Position numbers and translations under genes: made by a program. A stretch of 6,081 bases of DNA from a virus: positions 1-6,081 of IMG/VR virus record IMGVR_UViG_3300020026_000006. One strand, 5' to 3'. The first letter of the stretch is position 1; each line of letters begins with the position of its first letter. This document shows positions 1 to 5,459 of this stretch, piece by piece. The notes below the pieces were generated by a model that saw nothing but the letters and a program-made list of their open reading frames with translations, was not told the origin of the DNA and did not search any database.

Positions 1-121
1 CTGCTGTACCCAATAAGAGTAAAGATTAGGCAAATTCTGATTAGAATTAACCGCGGAAATCTGTCCCAAAACCTCATCATAAGAAGACCTAAATTCATTA
101 AAACAAGGCTCCTGCGCAAAC
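1..121. repeat. Left copy of the exact 121-nt terminal direct repeat (circular-assembly overlap)
   Basis: Base-by-base comparison shows 1..121 (ctgctgtacccaataagag...ctcctgcgcaaac) is identical to 5961..6081. The repeat lies inside the capsid ORF and preserves its reading frame. Confidence 0.97.
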
Positions 122-1620
122 GATAAATTAGCCTCAACGGTCGGAAGTTTACTAAAGCGCCAATTCGGAACACGCTGATAACCGATATCATTATAAATAG
201 GATTGAAATAATCAGGTCCTTCGTAATTTAAATAATCCGGCCGAACACCACTCCAATAGTAAACAGGTCGAACGCTCAACATATCAATCATATAGCCGGG
301 CTCTCGGAAGTAATAAGATTGACGACGACCCAAGCGATCATTAAAGGCAATTGCACCACCCTGCTGGCCAAGGGGCTGGTTGTTGCCAAAATTATTATCA
401 CCGGCTTGATTCATAACAATTTGAACATTGACTGTCTGTGAAGCAGAAAACAAAAGTTTAGGTCGGTCAACATGCTCGATTTTGGAGGCAAAGAAGGTCT
501 CCAGCCAATCGCTGTAACGACTACCACCAGCACCCAAAAGATCCTTATACTCTTGAAGACGAGAAGCAATAGCCAACTGCGGAATTGTATCAACGCCAGA
601 CATAGATACGGCCGATCCAGAACCAATAGGAAGAAGACGACTAAAACGATCGGGATTCGCCGGAATAACCGCAATAGGGTGAGCGATATTAAAAACAATC
701 GAATTTTGCAAACCCTTGGAATCATCGCGACCAGAAAACTGATCAGTCGGAGCGATGGAGCCCATCAAAGAATAAGCACTCGAAACAGCAACAACGGGGT
801 AACCGTCACCATTCGCGCCGGCAGCAGAACCAGTAGATTCGATATCCGAACGGATGATTTGATCAAAAAGATTGCGACGGTTGTAGGTATTATTCGAAGA
901 AGGTACAGCAGAAGGATAGAACTGACTCTCAAAATAAGCATCGAGGTGCTCCAAATTACCATAACGCTGAACAAAGAACGAGTCATTTCCCGGATCGTTA
1001 AATTCGTAAGTAATGGAACTTCCGGAAGTTGCGGCGGACGTGTAATACCAGGAGGCGGGCCAAGCGAAAGAATAAAGTCCCCACTGGGAATAACCGTAAT
1101 AATTTCGAACGATGTCCCAGTAAGCTAAATAAGTATCAGCGTTAGCCCACTGAATAGGGGAAGTACCAGCAGGAAGCGAACCGCCGGGAGAAGCGGTAGC
1201 GTTGGTAAAATTAATAGAACGATTGGACACCCGAAGCCAATAAAGAAGCGAGTTTGTAAAAGGAGCGGAAACAGAAGGTTTAGCGCCGGCACCGGCAGAA
1301 CCAGGCAGAGCAGGAATCCAATTCAAGCTCAAATCGTTCATGTCGAACTTACTGCTATTTGTCCGCAGCTCAGGATGATACAGCTGAAGAGGCACCCAGA
1401 AACGATGCAAACGAATAGTGTAGGGGTTGAATGTTGGGACAGCGAGGGGGTTGCTACGAACGTCAATGCCTTGCTCGATAGACACACGATCCCGGGCATT
1501 AATAAAATCGATCCGCACCGGATATAAAATACCCGGTGTGCACGTAAAGGCCTTGCTCTCAGGGACATCGTATCGAGAGTAGCCATTTACAGCGTGTGAA
1601 ATAAAAGGTTGTTTTCCCAT
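1..1620 (-). CDS. VP1: Major capsid protein (Microviridae F/VP1 family), 5' part: codons 1-540 of 603. It continues across the circular junction into 5960..5769.
   Basis: The gene is missing from the ORF track because it has no in-window stop. I translated the minus strand by hand from ATG 1620..1618 and found no stop in any of the 540 codons down to position 1. The N-terminus reads MGKQPFISHAVNGYSRYDVPESKAFTCTPGILYPVRIDFINARDRVSIEQGIDVRSNPLAVPTFNPYTIRLHRFWVPLQLYHPELR. Later blocks include LAYWDIVRNYYGYSQW and LLGAGGSRYSDWLETFFASKIEHVDRPKLLFSAS. From memory, not from a search, these resemble conserved blocks of microvirus capsid proteins. The ATG lies 3 nt downstream of the Rep stop. Confidence 0.93.
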   Translation of the reverse strand, partial: MGKQPFISHAVNGYSRYDVPESKAFTCTPGILYPVRIDFINARDRVSIEQGIDVRSNPLAVPTFNPYTIRLHRFWVPLQLYHPELRTNSSKFDMNDLSLNWIPALPGSAGAGAKPSVSAPFTNSLLYWLRVSNRSINFTNATASPGGSLPAGTSPIQWANADTYLAYWDIVRNYYGYSQWGLYSFAWPASWYYTSAATSGSSITYEFNDPGNDSFFVQRYGNLEHLDAYFESQFYPSAVPSSNNTYNRRNLFDQIIRSDIESTGSAAGANGDGYPVVAVSSAYSLMGSIAPTDQFSGRDDSKGLQNSIVFNIAHPIAVIPANPDRFSRLLPIGSGSAVSMSGVDTIPQLAIASRLQEYKDLLGAGGSRYSDWLETFFASKIEHVDRPKLLFSASQTVNVQIVMNQAGDNNFGNNQPLGQQGGAIAFNDRLGRRQSYYFREPGYMIDMLSVRPVYYWSGVRPDYLNYEGPDYFNPIYNDIGYQRVPNWRFSKLPTVEANLSFAQEPCFNEFRSSYDEVLGQISAVNSNQNLPNLYSYWVQQ

Positions 1621-1623
1621 AAA

Positions 1624-2694
1624 TTAAATGTTTAGTTGGAGTTTATAGTGGTCTCTCCAAAATTGGAGAATATCCAAATCTAGCCACGTCGGGGGGTCAA
1701 AGTCAGGCATCCTACGAGAGGAGGCAGAGAATCGCATTATTTGCTTCTGTTCCCACATATACGACGCTCTACGGGATACGGAGGAATTGAGGTTGAACCG
1801 ATCAATACACAGAGACACGATACGCTTAACCAGAGGAGACTTGCTGAAACGTGAATAAGAATCAGCAGAGGTAATCGAGCGAACAACGTCGTCTTCCGGT
1901 TCAAGGTATCTAAGATAATACCGAGGAATCGAGTAGTTATAATTGATACGCTTCTCAAAATCAAAATAAGACCACGACGAAGTACGGGAAGAAGGGCGAG
2001 GCATATGGCCAAGAAAATCACCAACGCCAGCAGATACGAATTTTCGCGTATAACGGCGATGTTGGAGGAGGCAAGATAAAGGTGTAGACTTTCCATCTAA
2101 AACGATATTTTGATCGGATATTTCTGCAGGGTTAAATTGAATTTGCTTAGTAACGTATTTGACGACGTATCGCGCACGCTTATGCGTGCCTTTCGCAAGC
2201 CAAACAAAACCAAGGTCACGGACAGCCGATCGAATATCATTGTATAAACAATCGGTGCCAAAGAGAAAACCGTGGAAGTGAAGACGTGGCGCCGATCCTG
2301 TTTCTGGATGGGTGCCAAACTCCTGGAAAAACGCATGTTTAAAGGAGTGGCCGATCTTATGACGGATTCGCTCATTCCATCGTCGGATAAACTTAGAAGG
2401 ATCTCGCAATGCTTCATCGTAGTACTTCGGTGATATAGTTATTGTAATAAAAATAGCCTGCCGAGACTCGGCTTTACAGCGAGCAAGCTCGCGCTCTAAG
2501 CGAACGAACCAATCATTGCGTTGACGACGCAGGCAGTCTTCGCATTTTCCGCAGGGTACCATAAGCCACTGACGGGCGATATCCCAGGGGCGGAGGGCCA
2601 ATGCGGATTTAGCGACATCGGAGCCATTACGACAGGGGTTCTTCTTGTCAAAATAACGACGATTGCGTATCCATATAGGCGACGAGCAGGGCAT
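1624..2694 (-). CDS. VP4: Rolling-circle replication initiator (HUH endonuclease, Microviridae VP4 / phiX174 gpA-like), 356 aa
   Basis: ATG at 2692..2694 and TAA at 1624..1626. The N-terminus MPCSSPIWIRN and the cysteine cluster VPCGKCEDCLRRQRNDWFVR (2533..2553 region) are typical of VP4. Motif I is IFITITIS (2431..2451). The HUH motif is RLHFHGFLFG (2260..2283). Motif III has two tyrosines, YVVKYVTK (2146..2169), compared with YVAKYVNK recalled for phiX174 gpA. Confidence 0.95.
   Translation of the reverse strand: MPCSSPIWIRNRRYFDKKNPCRNGSDVAKSALALRPWDIARQWLMVPCGKCEDCLRRQRNDWFVRLERELARCKAESRQAIFITITISPKYYDEALRDPSKFIRRWNERIRHKIGHSFKHAFFQEFGTHPETGSAPRLHFHGFLFGTDCLYNDIRSAVRDLGFVWLAKGTHKRARYVVKYVTKQIQFNPAEISDQNIVLDGKSTPLSCLLQHRRYTRKFVSAGVGDFLGHMPRPSSRTSSWSYFDFEKRINYNYSIPRYYLRYLEPEDDVVRSITSADSYSRFSKSPLVKRIVSLCIDRFNLNSSVSRRASYMWEQKQIMRFSASSRRMPDFDPPTWLDLDILQFWRDHYKLQLNI
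1675..1701 (-). promoter_or_regulatory. Weaker Bacteroides-type promoter-like motif inside the 3' end of Rep, upstream of the capsid gene
   Basis: The coding strand has TAGATTTG (plus 1675..1682 = caaatcta) 54 nt upstream of the capsid ATG, and a TTTG (plus 1698..1701). The spacer is only 15 nt, shorter than I recall as typical. Confidence 0.2.
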
Positions 2695-2894
2695 TACATC
2701 AGACTTTGAAGACAGTCAAATTTAACCCGAGGATGATCACGACGACAGCGGGCAAGATAGTCTTTCGCGGAGACGTGGTCGGGAAACCAGGCGATAACGA
2801 CACGCCTTCTACCGCGGTATGCGCCAATGGAAAAACGGAAGGACGAACTACCAACAATAGGTGAAAACTTGGGTCTAAAATCGAAATAATCCAT
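2694..2894 (-). CDS. Small basic protein (66 aa) translationally coupled to Rep; function unknown, possibly DNA-binding
   Basis: ATG at 2892..2894. Its TAA (2694..2696) overlaps the Rep ATG by 1 nt (TAATG on the coding strand). The sequence is rich in Arg and Lys (RGRRR, ARCRRDHPRVK). I recognise no homolog. The ORF sits at the 3' edge of the structured non-coding region. Confidence 0.55.
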   Translation of the reverse strand: MDYFDFRPKFSPIVGSSSFRFSIGAYRGRRRVVIAWFPDHVSAKDYLARCRRDHPRVKFDCLQSLM

Positions 2895-2904
2895 GATTAA
2901 AAAG

Positions 2905-2995
2905 ATTAATATACGCTTCGAAAGACGGTACTTTCGAGCGCGAAAACTGTTGCGTTACGCCGCTCGACGGCCTAACGGCCGGGACGCTTCGCGTC
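2905..2995 (-). promoter_or_regulatory. Cluster of short GC-rich stem-loops plus an AT-rich box, directly upstream of the 66-aa/Rep/capsid gene string; candidate origin or priming signal
   Basis: Three stems can be read directly. The first is tcgaaag (2918..2924) / ctttcga (2931..2937) with a 6-nt loop. The second is cggcc (2968..2972) / ggccg (2977..2981) with loop taac. The third is gacgc (2983..2987) / gcgtc (2991..2995) with loop ttc. The coding strand then reads GCGTATATTAATC (plus strand 2905..2912 = attaatat). The motif acgcttcg occurs twice (2913..2920 and 2984..2991). Confidence 0.4.
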
Positions 2996-3030
2996 TTCGA
3001 GCTCCATGGCTCCACTCCACAAACTATATA

Positions 3031-3044
3031 CCGAATAAATTCGG
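3031..3044. repeat. 14-nt palindrome ccgaat-aa-attcgg in the non-coding region
   Basis: Read directly: 3031..3036 ccgaat is the reverse complement of 3039..3044 attcgg. It could be a protein-binding site or a tight hairpin. Function is unknown. Confidence 0.5.
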
Positions 3045-3054
3045 TGAGTTTGAG

Positions 3055-3092
3055 AACAAAAACTCCCAGGGGAGAGAAGGCTCCCCTGGGGG
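3055..3092 (-). terminator. Intrinsic (rho-independent) terminator downstream of the 107-aa ORF
   Basis: There is a perfect 10-bp GC-rich stem, cccaggggag (3065..3074) / ctcccctggg (3081..3090), with a 6-nt loop (3075..3080). On the coding strand the stem is followed immediately by AGTTTTTGTT (plus strand 3055..3064). No T-run follows it on the plus strand, so its orientation matches the gene strand. It begins 47 nt after the stop at 3138..3140. Confidence 0.7.
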
Positions 3093-3137
3093 CCTCATAG
3101 TTAAAGAACTCTTCCACCAAGCGGGCGGGTAACAACC

Positions 3138-3461
3138 TTAGTTCCCTTTCCCTTCTTCTTCCGTCGCGCCTTCATCGTAGTTAAGATCAAAATCAAACAT
3201 GAGAACCATTGTATTATCAAAGAATTCGATGGCGAAACCAGGAAAATCTCCACAGGCGGCAATAAGATCGACTACTTTCGGGTGGTAAACGTAGAGTGAA
3301 TCGCTAATATCCGATTTCTCGAAGAAACGCGCAATAGGAGTGTTCGCGACGGCGCCGAGGGGCAGCGGATCAAACTGACCATCCTTAAAACGACCTATCT
3401 GAGCAAGGTCAACCTTGAGGGCCGGATTAACTCGCCGAATAACAACATGAATCTGTGTCAT
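3138..3461 (-). CDS. Hypothetical acidic protein, 107 aa (orphan accessory ORF)
   Basis: ATG at 3459..3461 and TAA at 3138..3140. It starts 11 nt after the upstream ORF stop. The C-terminal tail is acidic (FDFDLNYDEGATEEEGKGN). It resembles no core microvirus protein that I recognise. Confidence 0.62.
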   Translation of the reverse strand: MTQIHVVIRRVNPALKVDLAQIGRFKDGQFDPLPLGAVANTPIARFFEKSDISDSLYVYHPKVVDLIAACGDFPGFAIEFFDNTMVLMFDFDLNYDEGATEEEGKGN

Positions 3462-3472
3462 AATAATGTGAT

Positions 3473-3793
3473 TTAAAATTTTACTTGAAGTTCATCGCAA
3501 AAACGCTCCCAAGCAGCATTCTGCTTACCCCAAAATTCAACACCTTCGGGTGTCGAAACAAATGGAAACGAAGAGGTAATAAGACTGCTCGGGCCAAAGC
3601 TGAAATCGTAAAGAGAGTGTCGAATCTGGGAACGCAAGCGTTCACGGAAACTCCTATAAGGCATAAAACTACGTTCGTAGTTCGCCTTAAAAGCTGCAAA
3701 TATTCCTCGATCAACAAGCCACGCGATGAATGCGTACTCTACAACGTCAATCAACAGCTTTTTGTTTTTAATGCTTTTGCTAGACTTTTTCAT
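3473..3793 (-). CDS. Hypothetical protein, 106 aa (orphan accessory ORF)
   Basis: ATG at 3791..3793 and TAA at 3473..3475. The N-terminus is Lys-rich (MKKSSKSIKNKK). The C-terminal segment SFPFVSTPEGVEFWGKQNAAWERF is aromatic/Trp-rich and looks like a folded small domain. It is the first gene after the promoter-like motif. Confidence 0.65.
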   Translation of the reverse strand: MKKSSKSIKNKKLLIDVVEYAFIAWLVDRGIFAAFKANYERSFMPYRSFRERLRSQIRHSLYDFSFGPSSLITSSFPFVSTPEGVEFWGKQNAAWERFCDELQVKF

Positions 3794-3819
3794 GGTAGTA
3801 TGGTTATTGGTTTACAGTA

Positions 3820-3850
3820 CAAATATACAGCAAAAAGGACAAGCAACAAA
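3820..3850 (-). promoter_or_regulatory. Candidate Bacteroides-type promoter (-33 TTTG / -7 TAnnTTTG)
   Basis: The coding strand reads aacTTTG-ttgcttgtcctttttgctg-TATATTTGtac. TTTG corresponds to plus 3847..3850, the spacer is 19 nt, and TATATTTG corresponds to plus 3820..3827. The -7 box ends 26 nt upstream of the ATG at 3793. It lies in the 83-nt gap after the VP2 stop. The consensus is recalled from the Bacteroides fragilis promoter literature. Confidence 0.4.
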
Positions 3851-3876
3851 GTTCAAAAGGTTGGAGAAATTGTTCA

Positions 3877-5133
3877 TTATTTCCCAGAATAACTACGACG
3901 GGTGTAGATACTGCCGTTCTTATCGCCGTAGGGGCTGTAAATCTCCTTCACCTCTTCATAGCCTTCCGGGCCGGTAGGACCAGCAGCCTTACGACTAGCG
4001 TAGGCAGCACCGGCAACACCTGCAGCAGCAGCAAAGGAGCGAATAATGTCATGACCAAGACGAAGCCTAGAATTGCGCAAATCCCAACGAGTATTACCGA
4101 CTTCAAGTTGAGCGGCTTCAGCAGCAGCAGACTTCAGAATAGACGTAGTCTCAGCAACTTTCATCATCTTAGTCTCGACGACTTCACCTTTATCATTGCG
4201 AATCTGGACAGGCACTTCTTTCTCCCAGTTAAGCTCGAACCATTTCTGCATATCCTTGAGTTCTTGGTAGTTAAGCTTCATCCGAGACTCGGACTCGGCG
4301 GCAGCGGACATGTTAGCAATAGCCGAAGACCAAGCGACAGCAAGCGCAGCACCGGCTTCGGGCTCAAACCAATCATTAGTTTTGCGAAGATTCTGGTACT
4401 TTTCCTCCAAAATGCCGGCCATAGCCATGATAGAAGACATCTTGTAACCTTGAGTAATATTGGATAAATAGGCGTCAATTGCAACGATTTGAGCCTGCGC
4501 CTCACGAAGGTTGGCGAGCTCACGAGCATCCTTAACCTGATGTTCGGCAATCTGCAACTCAAATTTATCCATTCGTTCTCGCCACTCTAGCGAATGAGTA
4601 TTACCTCGAAGATTAGCGGCTTCTGCATCATCTCGGTTGGCGGCAGCGGCATTGCGATCAATCGTGGATTGTGCAACCATGTTTTGAGCGATAGAGGTAG
4701 GATCAGCAGGGGCAAAACCACCAGGAGCGATCGGGGAGCCACCCGAAGGACCAGAGGCAGACGGCATGGACGCAGAACCACCTGACATAGTGGCATTTAC
4801 ACCGACGCCAGAAGAGCCTAGGACAGCAGCAGGCGTCACGCCGGCCTTCAGGTAACGATCGAAAACCTTCGAAGGATCATTGTAGGAATTTTCGTAATCA
4901 AACTGTCTCTGCCAATTGGCGTAGGAAAGCTCGGACTGTTTTTGCATTTGCTCTAAAGCGTACTTCTGTTGAAGAGCCATTTGTTTTTGCTGAAATCTCC
5001 ACTGACGGCGAGCGTTCATACCTCCAAAAAGCTGACCGAGGGCGCCGGTAATTAAACCCGTAGAAGCGGTAGACGCAGCCGACTGGCCAAGAGCCTGGCC
5101 AAAAGATGCGGCAGCAGCAGCAGGAATAGGCAT
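3877..5133 (-). CDS. VP2: Minor capsid / DNA pilot protein (Microviridae VP2, functional analogue of phiX174 H), 418 aa
   Basis: ATG at 5131..5133 and TAA at 3877..3879. The N-terminus is Ala/Gly-rich (MPIPAAAAASFGQALGQSAASTASTGLITGALGQLFGG). It is followed by a Q-rich helical segment and YNDPSKVFDRYLKAGVTPAAVLG, which resembles the ...R...AGLNP..L block I recall from VP2 proteins. Long Ala/Glu/Gln helical stretches follow. Size and position are typical of the second-largest structural gene. Confidence 0.85.
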   Translation of the reverse strand: MPIPAAAAASFGQALGQSAASTASTGLITGALGQLFGGMNARRQWRFQQKQMALQQKYALEQMQKQSELSYANWQRQFDYENSYNDPSKVFDRYLKAGVTPAAVLGSSGVGVNATMSGGSASMPSASGPSGGSPIAPGGFAPADPTSIAQNMVAQSTIDRNAAAANRDDAEAANLRGNTHSLEWRERMDKFELQIAEHQVKDARELANLREAQAQIVAIDAYLSNITQGYKMSSIMAMAGILEEKYQNLRKTNDWFEPEAGAALAVAWSSAIANMSAAAESESRMKLNYQELKDMQKWFELNWEKEVPVQIRNDKGEVVETKMMKVAETTSILKSAAAEAAQLEVGNTRWDLRNSRLRLGHDIIRSFAAAAGVAGAAYASRKAAGPTGPEGYEEVKEIYSPYGDKNGSIYTRRSYSGK

Positions 5134-5134
5134 A

Positions 5135-5326
5135 CTACAAATGAGTTAAATTATTAGAACGAATGATGTAATCAACGCGAACAGTGTCAATATGAACGCC
5201 ACTACGTTGCATCCTAGCTTGAGCCGAACAGGAAGAGAGGAAAAAAGCAGCCAATGCAGCAACAATAGATGAAACGAGCGTCCAAAAAGCTTTTGACTTA
5301 TAGAAGGGTTGCTTAACGTCTGACAT
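5135..5326 (-). CDS. Small secreted/membrane protein with a lipoprotein-type signal peptide (63 aa from the internal ATG; the track ORF extends to an upstream ATG at 5437, giving 100 aa)
   Basis: From ATG 5324..5326 the sequence is MSDVKQPFYKSKAFWTLVSSIVAALAAFFLSSC-SAQARMQRSGVHIDTVRVDYIIRSNNLTHL. It has a Lys-containing n-region, a ~17-aa hydrophobic core, and L-S-S-C at residues 30-33, which fits the lipobox pattern [LVI][ASTVI][GAS]C. The TAG stop (5135..5137) is 1 nt from the VP2 ATG. The sequence upstream of this ATG is A/T-rich (ctttaatttttaatacc), like the other starts. The alternative ATG at 5435..5437 adds 37 Arg-rich residues that span an inverted repeat, so I favour the shorter form. 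Confidence 0.55.
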   Translation of the reverse strand: MSDVKQPFYKSKAFWTLVSSIVAALAAFFLSSCSAQARMQRSGVHIDTVRVDYIIRSNNLTHL

Positions 5327-5350
5327 GGTATTAAAAATTAAAGAACGATA

Positions 5351-5429
5351 GAAAAATGCGCGGCCTCTCCTGCAGTCGTTACCAATAACCTCTAGAAATT
5401 CACGAACTCTTCCAAGAGGGGTCCGCGCA
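5351..5429 (-). promoter_or_regulatory. Imperfect long-range inverted repeat followed by a T-run (terminator-like or regulatory structure) between the 98-aa ORF and the lipobox ORF
   Basis: tgcgcgg+cctct (5357..5368) pairs with agagg (5415..5419) and ccgcgca (5423..5429), leaving a 3-nt bulge. On the coding strand the 3' arm is followed by TTTTTC (plus 5351..5356). The enclosed loop is ~46 nt, and competing small hairpins exist (for example ctctt/aagag at 5407..5418), so this is not a canonical terminator. Confidence 0.3.
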
Positions 5430-5459
5430 CGTAGCATATATCGTCAAGTAAAGGATATA

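Noticed and set aside
472-1128. 218-aa plus-strand ORF antisense to the capsid gene. The other plus-strand ORFs are similar: 2521..2709, 2893..3132, 3485..3892, 3726..3977, 4051..4467 and 4594..4785.
   Set aside because: All lie antisense to well-supported minus-strand genes or in the structured spacer. Their products are low-complexity (R/T/I/N/S-rich). Microviridae transcribe a single strand. No supporting signals were found.
411-1586. Minus-strand hydrophobic ORFs inside the capsid gene (411..725, 765..986, 1338..1586), and similar ones inside VP2 (4278..4562, 4587..4796), the 106-aa gene (3481..3717) and Rep (2097..2417).
   Set aside because: All are in the +1 frame relative to the real gene. 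T-rich third codon positions put T at position 2 of +1-frame codons, producing stop-poor, Leu/Ile/Phe/Val-rich pseudo-proteins. This is a compositional artefact unless shown otherwise.
3021-3030. TATATAGTTTG on the coding strand as a second -7 promoter box for the 66-aa/Rep operon.
   Set aside because: The spacing is TA-n-TTTG or TA-nnn-TTTG, not TAnnTTTG, and no TTTG lies at a suitable -33 distance. It is too weak to call.
2875-3135. 86-aa minus-strand ORF spanning the non-coding region.
   Set aside because: Its listed M is a TTG (caa at 3133..3135) and there is no ATG anywhere in the ORF. It runs straight through the terminator hairpin and the stem-loop cluster, and a plus-strand ORF is equally open over the same stretch. 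It is better explained as structured non-coding DNA.
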